Shown here piece by piece: positions 38,362-46,490 of a DNA stretch of 64,000 nt. The notes beneath the pieces are model-generated. The model had not been told where the DNA came from, ran no database searches, and saw only the letters and a program-made list of their open reading frames with translations. This stretch comes from Deltaproteobacteria bacterium. Lineage in GTDB: Bacteria; SZUA-79; Acidulodesulfobacterales; Acidulodesulfobacteraceae. Within the stretch, counting starts at the first letter, position 1; each line of letters begins with the position of its first letter. The position numbers and the translations under genes were made by a program. The stretch spans positions 135,057 to 199,056 of the forward strand of contig JAMDCP010000011.1 of assembly GCA_023489335.1 (NCBI GenBank). The letters are read 5' to 3'.

Positions 38362-38733
38362 TTAGGTCAGCTCCGTTACCTCCGTAACCTTAAAAACCAT
38401 CGCCGCCCTTACCCATTTAAAACGTGATTTCATCCGGTCGAAATTAGCCCCGCTGTCCTCGAATTTTGCATTTCCCTTAAGAAGAAACCCTGCGCCTTTG
38501 CCCTGAAGACCGGCAATGTCCTTAGAGGCGAGTATCATCTGGATTTCACTTCCGGATTCAATGTTTCTCTGGGTTTTGGTAAGGTGTCCGGCAGGAATCA
38601 AAAGTGTATTTCTATCGAGAACATCGATATAACTGTTCCACGTGGCCGCCATATGAACCCCGTCGGTTCCATAAGTGGCGAAGCTTGCAGGTCCTTCATG
38701 CTTTAAAATCTGATTGATTTTGTCGTTAATCAT
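38362..38733 (-). CDS. Pyridoxamine 5'-phosphate oxidase-like (split-barrel flavin-binding) family protein
   Basis: 123 aa; the size and pattern resemble small PNPOx-like proteins. Weak recognition only. Confidence 0.45.
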   Translation of the reverse strand: MINDKINQILKHEGPASFATYGTDGVHMAATWNSYIDVLDRNTLLIPAGHLTKTQRNIESGSEIQMILASKDIAGLQGKGAGFLLKGNAKFEDSGANFDRMKSRFKWVRAAMVFKVTEVTELT

Positions 38734-39063
38734 ACAGTAATGCCTCCAATTACGATGAATGTCTGTAAATTATAAAACACGGCTTGTCCGGAGTTTTTCA
38801 TTCCTTTTAAATTATACCATTTTATGTCTCAAATGCAAATTTATCAAAGAGATTATTTATTTTGCCTTGACAGATTATTTATTGTTATTGACATTTTTGT
38901 CTTTTACGGTATTACTTAAATATGATGGAGGGGAAAACAGCGGAGATGTTCATAGTTTAATAAACTCAATCAATATTTTACCTCTTTTTTTAAAAATTTC
39001 TTCATACTTTCTTCATACCCATCCTCTGCCTTAAAAGGTTAGCGGCCGGAACGAAAAATAAAT

Positions 39064-39468
39064 TTATCCTAATTCGTAAAAGTTGTTAAATCCCTTTTGT
39101 TTTAAATGATTTTTTAGTTTTTTATCGCTGGTTAAAAGCATGCCATTTAAAAATATAGATAATGCCACAAAAGGAGTATCTTTTTCGTCTATGTCTTTTG
39201 TTAAAAGATAGGCTTTATTGAATATTTCTTTCGGAATAAATTCTTCTTTAATAAAAGTAATTTTACTTAATACAGTTTCTAATTAAGATAGAATCTCATC
39301 CTCATTCAAGTTGGAAATATTTTGTATCTTATCTTTATGCTTAAATATTTCTATGAAAAGAAAATTGCAGGTATAAAACTCTATGTTTTTAGAAAATAAA
39401 ATAAATTTATATTTGTTTTCTTTGCTTAAAAGGACGGAAAATAATATATTCGTATCTATTATTACTTT
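39064..39468 (-). pseudogene. PIN-domain toxin gene with no start codon and an in-frame TAA
   Basis: My own translation of the minus strand gives KVIIDTNILFSVLLS...NEDEILS*LETVLSK...DTPFVALSIFLNGMLLTSDKKL. The in-frame stop is at 39283-39285. There is no ATG, GTG or TTG near the 5' end. Confidence 0.6.
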
Positions 39469-39683
39469 TAGGCTTCATTTATAAACCTGTTTTTGTTAGC
39501 CTTCCACCAGGTTTCCGTAATTTCTTCGGACAAAATATTTATATCTTCTTCCGTAGCCTTGCTTTTTTGCGACAGCTCGATATTCGTTAAAAAATCTATA
39601 GTATTTTTATCATAGCTGCCTATATTGAATTCCAAAATCACTTTATCGTCCTGTAATGTTGCTTTCATTTTATTCAACCTCAT
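39468..39683 (-). CDS. Small antitoxin-like protein upstream of the PIN remnant
   Basis: 71-aa ORF whose stop codon abuts the PIN reading frame. No family recognised. Confidence 0.4.
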   Translation of the reverse strand: MRLNKMKATLQDDKVILEFNIGSYDKNTIDFLTNIELSQKSKATEEDINILSEEITETWWKANKNRFINEA

Positions 39684-39849
39684 TTAATTTATAATTCAAT
39701 TTGTTTATATTTATTTTTGCTCTTTAATCTATATTATTACTTATTTTCGTAGAAGTCAATCTTGTCAGGCAAGCGGCCAAAAAATCTATTAAAATAAAAA
39801 CCTCATTAAGTCCGCTATTTATTTAATAATTTTTATTTCCTTAAAATCT

Positions 39850-40128
39850 TTCGATAGCCTAAAAGGGAGCTGGACGGCGGCGTCAAGAAAAAGCCGCATA
39901 TTTGACTTCCATTTTCACGATTTAAGGCATATGTTTGCAAGCTGGCTTGTAATGAAAGGTGCGGACTTAGCGACCGTAAAAGAATTGTTAGGGTACAAGG
40001 ATATTAAAATGACTTTAAGGTATGCGCATTTATCTAAATCGCATATTGACACGGCGGTAAAAATGCTTGATAAAAAAAATCATACTTTCTTCATACCTGA
40101 AAAAAATGTCAAAAATTCAAAACCCTGA
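39850..40128 (+). pseudogene. 3' fragment of a tyrosine integrase gene
   Basis: Translation SWTAASRKSRIFDFHFHDLRHMFASWLVMKGADLATVKELLGYKDIKMTLRYAHLS parallels the C-terminus of the intact integrase at 49993-51090. Only about 90 codons are present. Confidence 0.75.
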
Positions 40129-40143
40129 AAGCCTACTGTTTAC

Positions 40144-40188
40144 TGGTAGGCACGGGCGGTCTCGAACCGCCGACCCCTACCGTGTCAA
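40144..40188 (-). repeat. 45-bp att repeat: a duplicated 3' half of tRNA-Val(GAC)
   Basis: Identical to 51085-51129 (tggtaggcacgggcggtctcgaaccgccgacccctaccgtgtcaa). Confidence 0.9.
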
Positions 40189-40307
40189 ACTAAAAAGATA
40201 AAATTAACCAAATGGGCTTTTTACCTTCAGTTATAGATTTATTAACGGATTGACGGCATTATGTATTTTACGATATTTTCTATATATTCTTATGCTTTCG
40301 GATATTT

Positions 40308-40329
40308 TGTGTGACAGTTGTGTGACAGT
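40308..40329 (+). repeat. Tandem GTGTGACAGT(T) pair, candidate integrase arm-type site
   Basis: The 21-mer gtgtgacagttgtgtgacagt at 40309-40329 is identical to 51018-51038 at the other end of the element. Confidence 0.6.
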
Positions 40330-40423
40330 AATTTTTTTCAAAAATTTAAAATTATTCTTTATTTTATATTTTTTTAAAAAGTTTTTAAAAAATAGGCAAG
40401 ACACGGCAAGACAGCAAGACAAG

Positions 40424-40480
40424 CCTTATAAATACTGCATTTGTTTGTCTTGCTCTTGTCTTGCCGTCTTATCGCATAGA
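40424..40480 (+). repeat. 57-bp repeat, copy A (copy B is at 42744-42800; 4 mismatches)
   Basis: ccttataaatactgcatttg...cttgtcttgccgtcttatcgcataga. Copy A is preceded by an imperfect inverted copy of its GTCTTGCC-rich half (40395-40422). Confidence 0.8.
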
Positions 40481-40621
40481 AATATAAAGGTTTTTATATT
40501 TTTATAACATCAGCTTTTAAAAACTCATCATATATATTTTAAATTAATATTTAAATAATATTAAAATAATACCAATTTGAATATGCTGGAGTAATACCAT
40601 AATAATTAATTAAATCTTATT

Positions 40622-41008
40622 TTAACGCTGTTTTTTTACAACAACAGCATATATTGATTCAATGCATTTTTCAAGTCCGAAATTTAGACTCTCATCTTTT
40701 AGATTATAAATTTCTTTTACCTTGTAAACCAAATTCTCAAGTTCTATATCCTTTTTATTTTGCGCTTCTTTTTTACCGGTATTAAAATCCGATATGAAAT
40801 AATTCAAATCGACTTTAAAAATTTCTGCCAAGTTTAGAAGATAATCAAGCGGTATTTTGAATTTTCCAGTCTCGTAGCTATATATTTGAGTATATGCAAC
40901 ATTTAGCATCTCCGCCAATTTTTCTTGAGAAAACTTTAATTCCCGCCTTTTAATTCTTATCTTAAAACCGATATGTTTAAATAGCGCTGCATTTTTATGT
41001 TTAGGCAT
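40622..41008 (-). CDS. XRE/cI-like HTH transcriptional regulator
   Basis: HTH_3 pattern IKRRELKFSQEKLAEMLNVAYTQIYSYETGKFKIPLDYLLNLAEIF. Confidence 0.8.
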   Translation of the reverse strand: MPKHKNAALFKHIGFKIRIKRRELKFSQEKLAEMLNVAYTQIYSYETGKFKIPLDYLLNLAEIFKVDLNYFISDFNTGKKEAQNKKDIELENLVYKVKEIYNLKDESLNFGLEKCIESIYAVVVKKQR

Positions 41009-41023
41009 AAAATTAATTTCTCA

Positions 41024-41046
41024 ATATTTAAGTTTAACTTAAATAT
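41024..41046. promoter_or_regulatory. Perfect 23-bp palindrome ATATTTAAGTTtAACTTAAATAT (candidate operator)
   Basis: Lies 16 bp upstream of the XRE start codon. The half-site ATATTTAAGTT recurs at 41106-41116 inside the divergent promoter. Confidence 0.6.
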
Positions 41047-41100
41047 CTATTATTAAGACAATTTATAGGAAATACTATAATCTTAAACATAAAATAATTA

Positions 41101-41129
41101 TTGACATATTTAAGTTAAAGATGTAAAAT
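41101..41129 (+). promoter_or_regulatory. Near-consensus sigma70 promoter for the cargo OMP gene
   Basis: TTGACA at 41101-41106, 17-bp spacer, TAAAAT at 41124-41129. Confidence 0.6.
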
Positions 41130-41188
41130 CCTGTCAAGAATATTAAATTATTGAAATCTTTAATTTACATTAATTATCGGGAGGAAAA

Positions 41189-41926
41189 ATGAAGAAAATC
41201 TTTTTACTTATAATAGCTTTATTTTTAAGTATTTTTATAGTGAACCCTTCTTATGCACAACAAATGTCAAAATACGGCTATCCAACAGGTAATCAAAATT
41301 CAAGCAACACTTATGGTAATTGGTATTTGGGTGTTGGCGTTGGTTATGCCCACATAATCGGCTTAAAATCGGATATTAATCAATTAGGGAATAACTTGCA
41401 GACTATCGATCCTGATTTGTCAGGTTCGATAAGCTCAACCATAAGCACTGTTGGAACAAACTTGGATTTTGGATATAGCTTCAATAAATTTTTGAGTCTT
41501 CAGACAGGCTTTGACTGGTTAGGCAATTACAAATTTAAATTAAATCTCGATGATACTGTACACAATTTTTATATTAATGAAACTGTTAATGCTTATATAT
41601 ACACAATTCCAATAAAGGCGGTTGTATCGTACCCATTCAATGATGGCTTTGCAGTTTTTGGCGCAGTTGGCGGCGATTTTTGGTTTGTTAATGAATCTGG
41701 AAGCGTTTCATCTAATATACCTGGCGTCAATGGGACAGCATCGCAAAATAAAACAGGTATAGCCCCCGTTTATAGCATAGGAATCAGATTAAGACCTGTA
41801 AAATCTGCCTGGGGCTTAAAACTTGAGTATAACTATTTTCAAAATTTATTCAACAGCAACCAAACAATTTACAAAAGTCATTATAATGTGGAAGAGCTTG
41901 CACTTTTAGGAGAATATAGATTTTAG
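41189..41926 (+). CDS. Outer-membrane beta-barrel protein (small OMP, OmpA-TM/OmpW-like class)
   Basis: Signal peptide ...PSYAQQ, alternating amphipathic strands, and a C-terminal ...LLGEYRF with terminal Phe. Confidence 0.65.
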   Translation: MKKIFLLIIALFLSIFIVNPSYAQQMSKYGYPTGNQNSSNTYGNWYLGVGVGYAHIIGLKSDINQLGNNLQTIDPDLSGSISSTISTVGTNLDFGYSFNKFLSLQTGFDWLGNYKFKLNLDDTVHNFYINETVNAYIYTIPIKAVVSYPFNDGFAVFGAVGGDFWFVNESGSVSSNIPGVNGTASQNKTGIAPVYSIGIRLRPVKSAWGLKLEYNYFQNLFNSNQTIYKSHYNVEELALLGEYRF

Positions 41927-41959
41927 TCCATCTGCAAAGTAGGGGTTAAATGCAAAAAC

Positions 41960-41980
41960 GGGGGGGGTATCCCCCCCCCC
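41960..41980 (+). terminator. G8-TAT-C10 hairpin
   Basis: ggggggggtatcccccccccc lies immediately after the OMP gene. Confidence 0.45.
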
Positions 41981-42025
41981 TTGAAAGACTGGGTAAATAA
42001 AAAGGAATAAGAAAACTAAAAAAAA

Positions 42026-42682
42026 TTGTCAATGAATACAATATATAAAATATTTTATTCTAAAAAAGTGCATTTAATTATACTGCCCTTATTGCTTATT
42101 GGCAGTTTTATTTTAACTGGGTGCGCGACCGCTCCAGTATTTTCTGATGTTACAATTCCTCAGAAAAACATAAGTAAAGATAAATTTAAAATTGCCATAA
42201 AAAAACAAGATATAATCTTTACCTCAGGTTTTTTTACCGGAACCCCGCTTACAAAAAAATCAGTTGCCATATATAACTGCATCGGGTTAGAAATATATAA
42301 AAACTTCCATGACGCAGCCATATTGATAGTCAATAAAAAGCCTTTAAATTCAAATATTATCTATATTCATGATTTCAGAAAAGCAATTACCTGGGCGGTT
42401 GTTAATCCTGTCGGCATATTAATACCAATCTCCGCTTTGGTTATTAGCGAACCTATGAAGGCGACATTTAAAGCAAGCGTGCTTATCAACGGGAAAAATT
42501 ATACAGTTAAGGCTTACGGCTCAAGAACCCAAAGGCTTATGTCATTCAGCCCGGACAAAATTTTAAGAAAAACCTGCGGTAATTTTACTGAAAAATTAAC
42601 AACACTTCTCATTGTAAAAAAACTGCCGCGGGCGGTATCGCAACCACACACAAGCCCACAAGCGATACTTCGGAAGAATTAG
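42026..42682 (+). CDS. Hypothetical lipoprotein
   Basis: Lipobox FILTGC. No recognisable family. Confidence 0.5.
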   Translation: MSMNTIYKIFYSKKVHLIILPLLLIGSFILTGCATAPVFSDVTIPQKNISKDKFKIAIKKQDIIFTSGFFTGTPLTKKSVAIYNCIGLEIYKNFHDAAILIVNKKPLNSNIIYIHDFRKAITWAVVNPVGILIPISALVISEPMKATFKASVLINGKNYTVKAYGSRTQRLMSFSPDKILRKTCGNFTEKLTTLLIVKKLPRAVSQPHTSPQAILRKN

Positions 42683-42743
42683 GAATAATTAATTTATCTT
42701 TTTCAAAGTATTTTAAATAAAAACAGTAAATCGGCATCCCAAC

Positions 42744-42800
42744 CCTTATAAATACTGCATTTGCCTGCCTTGCCCTTGTCTTGCCGTCTTATCGCATAGA
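42744..42800 (+). repeat. 57-bp repeat, copy B
   Basis: See copy A at 40424-40480. Contains TTGCCG-17 bp-TATAAA, which is promoter-like. Confidence 0.8.
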
Positions 42801-43261
42801 TAGTATAAAACCGCACGCATTTGCGATTTAAAGCCTATAACCAGCAAACCCGCATAAATACTACATTATAGGCACATTAAGAAACAACAGTTTCCCAATG
42901 TGGTCTTGATTATTAAATAATGGCTAATTTAAAATATCCTATCCTAAACTTTTATATTTTGGATATTTTAAAAATGCTTTATTTAATTATTGTTCAGGTT
43001 AATCAGTTTAAAAAGTCTGCTCACTTTTTCCTCGCTCTTATTGGACTGTAATTTTGACTATTATTCCTAATAATTAAGCATATTAATTATTACAGCACAT
43101 AGCCGTTAATAGCCTTTTTATCGTTTTTATAATAATATTTTTAATAGTTTTAAAATTATATTACTTGACAATCATATTCACGCATATTAACATCGCACAC
43201 CGCTAATGCAGATATTTACAGACTTTAGCGGTAAAATTAACCTAAATTAAGGGGGCGTGTT

Positions 43262-43489
43262 ATGAAAATGATTAAAATCGATGTTAGCGGGATGATGTCT
43301 GAAAAATGCGTTGATAAAATTAATGAGGCTATTAAAACTATTCACGGTATAAAAATGGTTGACGCCGTTTTAAATGAAAATGCCGTTTATATTATCATCA
43401 AAAACAATATCGATATAGAAGGTATTAAAAATATTATCAGGAAGGCAGGTTATATTCCGGGACTCCATATTAGCTGGGTTGTATCCTAA
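43262..43489 (+). CDS. Small HMA-fold-like protein with a degenerate metal-binding motif
   Basis: Pattern IDVSGMMSEKCVDKINEAIKTIHGIKMVDAVLNEN...IRKAGY resembles CopZ/HMA, but the GMxCxxC motif is replaced by GMMSEKC (a single Cys). Confidence 0.5.
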   Translation: MKMIKIDVSGMMSEKCVDKINEAIKTIHGIKMVDAVLNENAVYIIIKNNIDIEGIKNIIRKAGYIPGLHISWVVS

Positions 43490-43620
43490 AACAGCCTTGA
43501 AAATCTTTCACAACGGTAAAACCAAGCGTTTATTCAGGACTGTTAATGGTTTTCTATTAACCGCAAATCAGAGGCTTATGAATAAAGGCTCTGACGACAG
43601 CATCGCATAAAATAGCCCAA

Positions 43621-43641
43621 AAACGCACACAAATGCGTTTT
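43621..43641. terminator. Hairpin between convergent genes
   Basis: aaacgca pairs with tgcgttt (7-bp stem), with A/T runs on both sides. Confidence 0.4.
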
Positions 43642-43667
43642 AAGGGTTTTTATAATTTTTATTGGCT

Positions 43668-45215
43668 TTAACTTTGGGGTTTCCGTTTTAATTTAAATAT
43701 TTTTACATATCTATTTGGTGGAAGGAAATATTCAATAATGTGTAAATAAATAATCAATTTATTATTTTCTTCAAAATTAAATGTTAGCGGAAATTCATTA
43801 ACCTCAGATGCAGGTATATATTTAAAAGGTTTCAATTTTTCTTGAATTTTTGGGACAGATACTGGAATTGCTGAAAAATCATCTTTTATTAGAAATCCTT
43901 TTTTATTTTCTTTATCATTAGGGTATAAAGACTGAATTTGTTCAGTTAAAAAATCACTAATGTTATTGGCTTCTTCTGCCGGAAATTCTCTCGTAATTCC
44001 TTGAATGCCATTTGTAAAAGGCAATTTAGACTCATAACTATTTTCCTTCTGTTTGTAATTGAATTTTTCTATTTCCATCATATAATGTTTCTCGTCTTCG
44101 CAAAATTCTTTTTTAAACCCCTCATATTCCCTTTTCAATTCTTTACTGTTTTTTAAATAACTTTTAAAAAAAGCGTAAAATTCCTTAGATGGCTTACTCC
44201 CTATATTGTCATCATTATATTCAATACCATCGTAATTAACATTGAAGTTTGCGAGAATTAATTTTCCACTATCACTAATTGCCGCTTTTTTTATGGAAAG
44301 TTCTAAACATTCTTTGGAATATTTCATGCTGTTAGCAACATAATCGGCAAAGGGGCTAACCATACATATAATAAAAATGTAATATTCCACATACTGTTTA
44401 TCATCTTCCAGTGTTTCCTTTAAATACAAATCCAGAAAGTTGATAAACTTTCTTAAATCCGCATTACGCTCTTTCCTCGAATTTAAAATTTTTTTAGGTT
44501 CGATTTTATCAAGAGAAAAATTTAGAGGCATGAGTTTAAAAGTATCTCCTGTCTTAATTTGCTTTAATTTGTTAATTGCGTCTTTATATAATTTATCAGG
44601 AGAATTAAAGTATATTTTTTGGATTTTATCATGCTCTATCGGTTTTATTACGGTAAATTTACCGCCTGTTTTATATATCTTTTTTAAATGATTAATTAAA
44701 AAATACGGCTGTTCTTCTATCATTCTGCAAGGGTCGTTTTCAGGATATTCTAAAATGAATCTATGCCCTATTTCGTATATTAGATTTACATATCCTGACA
44801 AATACGGTTTTTCTTTTATAATTTTATTAATTGATTCAATATAATCTTTCTTATTTTCAAGGGACAGGTTAAGTTTATTGTGAATAAGCCTGTTTTTAGG
44901 GCTGTTTTTTAATTCTTCAATTATATCCTCGATGTTTAAATTTTTTATATTTTCTAACAATTCTATAAGTTTATCTATCGATTTTATGTCTTCCTTATCT
45001 AAGGTTTTATTAAAAATACATCTGAAGTTATCAATAATATATTGTATAAAATACGGGTCAAAAGACGAGCCTTTAAGAACTTTTGGCATTATTGAAGTCA
45101 AAAACAAATTAGGCTGTAATCGAAATATAAATTTATTTATCGCTTTATCGTCCATAATTTTTGAAAATATATGCCTTAATGTTAGATAAAATAAGCATTT
45201 TAATAAAAATAACAA
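43668..45215 (-). CDS. Hypothetical 495-515 aa protein, no recognisable domain
   Basis: Long uninterrupted ORF in very AT-rich DNA. The likely start is Met21 (MDDKAINK, nt 45155). Lys/Asn/Glu-rich; no motif identified by eye. Confidence 0.55.
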   Translation of the reverse strand: MLFLLKCLFYLTLRHIFSKIMDDKAINKFIFRLQPNLFLTSIMPKVLKGSSFDPYFIQYIIDNFRCIFNKTLDKEDIKSIDKLIELLENIKNLNIEDIIEELKNSPKNRLIHNKLNLSLENKKDYIESINKIIKEKPYLSGYVNLIYEIGHRFILEYPENDPCRMIEEQPYFLINHLKKIYKTGGKFTVIKPIEHDKIQKIYFNSPDKLYKDAINKLKQIKTGDTFKLMPLNFSLDKIEPKKILNSRKERNADLRKFINFLDLYLKETLEDDKQYVEYYIFIICMVSPFADYVANSMKYSKECLELSIKKAAISDSGKLILANFNVNYDGIEYNDDNIGSKPSKEFYAFFKSYLKNSKELKREYEGFKKEFCEDEKHYMMEIEKFNYKQKENSYESKLPFTNGIQGITREFPAEEANNISDFLTEQIQSLYPNDKENKKGFLIKDDFSAIPVSVPKIQEKLKPFKYIPASEVNEFPLTFNFEENNKLIIYLHIIEYFLPPNRYVKIFKLKRKPQS

Positions 45216-45324
45216 GTTAACTATAGAACTTTTCAGGTCGTCTTATTGATTGGTGTATTCTAATTATAATACATTTGTATATTTATTTTTTATTATACAT
45301 CAACAAAGAAAATAAATAAAAATT

Positions 45325-45546
45325 ATGAAAAAATTAAGTTTCACTGTAAAAGAATTTTCAAAGATTCACGAGATGGATCAATTTTCGACTTACAGAGCCA
45401 TCTGGCAGGGCAGGCTAAAAGCTATAAAAATCAACAGCAAGTGGTTTATTTCTCTGAATGAATCGAACAATTTTAAAAAATACAAAAAGGGAGGTGGTGA
45501 GAATGCCGACAAAGCGGGAACTTTACGAAGAAAACGAAGCGCTTAG
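45325..45546 (+). CDS. Excisionase/AlpA-like HTH protein
   Basis: Pattern FTVKEFSKIHEMDQFSTYRAIWQGRLKAIKINSKWFI (HTH_17-like). Confidence 0.5.
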   Translation: MKKLSFTVKEFSKIHEMDQFSTYRAIWQGRLKAIKINSKWFISLNESNNFKKYKKGGGENADKAGTLRRKRSA

Positions 45547-45661
45547 AGAAATTATTGACGATGTCAAAACAAGACTAAGTGACCTCGAATCTGACGATGA
45601 AAACGACTCAGAAAATGAAGATGAATCTGAAGAGAGCGAAAATTCGGAAGATGAAGACTGA
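45503..45661 (+). CDS. Small coiled-coil/acidic protein
   Basis: RBS GGGAGGTGGTGA before the ATG at 45503. MPTKRELYEENEALREIIDD... followed by an acidic tail. Confidence 0.4.
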   Translation: MPTKRELYEENEALREIIDDVKTRLSDLESDDENDSENEDESEESENSEDED

Positions 45662-45670
45662 AAGCGTTGA

Positions 45671-45702
45671 GCCCCTGCTTTTTTAGCAGGGGCTTTCATT
45701 TT
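45671..45702 (+). terminator. Rho-independent terminator
   Basis: gcccctgct pairs with agcaggggc, followed by tttcatttt. Confidence 0.65.
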
Positions 45703-45815
45703 AACTTTAACGGCATTTGTCTCAATGGCTAATAGTTCTCTACCTGTTAGTCTGTTTTCAAGCCTTAAAACGCAAATTTGAAAGTTTTTTAAAAGACTTA
45801 ATATCAAGGGTCACT

Positions 45816-46490
45816 ATGGAAATAAAAATCGTTAAAATTGGGGCAATTAAAATCAATGAAAGAAACCGGCAATACAACGCTTCCAAAGCTAAAGAGTTAG
45901 CCGATAGCATACAGGAAATAGGACTTTTGCATCCGATAATTATCGATGCGGATAATGCCCTCATTGCCGGTTTGCACCGCCTTGAAGCCGCAAAGATATT
46001 GGACTGGGAAGAAATACCCTGCAATGTGTTTGATATCATTACCGATAACGCCGAAGAACTTGCCGAAATCGACGAAAATTTAATAAGGGCTGAACTTACG
46101 GAGCTTGAAAAAGCGGATTTACTATGCCGTGCAAAAGAGATACATGAGATTAGACACCCCGAGAGTCTTAAAGCAAATATTACAAAAAGAAATTTAAAAC
46201 AGTTTGTCGCCGAAAGTGAAATTATTTCACTTTCGGATAAAGATAGCAATAGCAATAATTTGCTCAAAATTAAGGATAAAAGTTTTACTAAGGCAACTGC
46301 TGACAAAATCGGCATATCGTCACGAAGTATCTTTCAATCTATTCAAATATCGAAAAACATATCGCCGGAAATTAAAGAAAAAATTAAAAGCACTTCGCTT
46401 GCCGACAATAAAACTGAATTATTAATGTTTGCAAGGATTGAACCAGATAAACAAAAAAAAGGTTATAGATATTATCGTCGAGAAGAATAA
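45816..46490 (+). CDS. ParB/Srx-like nuclease-domain protein
   Basis: Pattern IKINERNRQYN...IGLLHPIIIDADNALIAGLHRLEAAKILDWEEIPC. Confidence 0.75.
   Translation: MEIKIVKIGAIKINERNRQYNASKAKELADSIQEIGLLHPIIIDADNALIAGLHRLEAAKILDWEEIPCNVFDIITDNAEELAEIDENLIRAELTELEKADLLCRAKEIHEIRHPESLKANITKRNLKQFVAESEIISLSDKDSNSNNLLKIKDKSFTKATADKIGISSRSIFQSIQISKNISPEIKEKIKSTSLADNKTELLMFARIEPDKQKKGYRYYRREE

Noticed and set aside
38759-39034. ORF 38759-39034 and ORFs 40231-40422 / 40250-40507, considered as genes
   Set aside because: They have no RBS and low-complexity Leu/Phe/Ile-rich translations. They overlap repeat or att-adjacent sequence; the CDSCVTV stretch simply reflects the GTGTGACAGT repeat.
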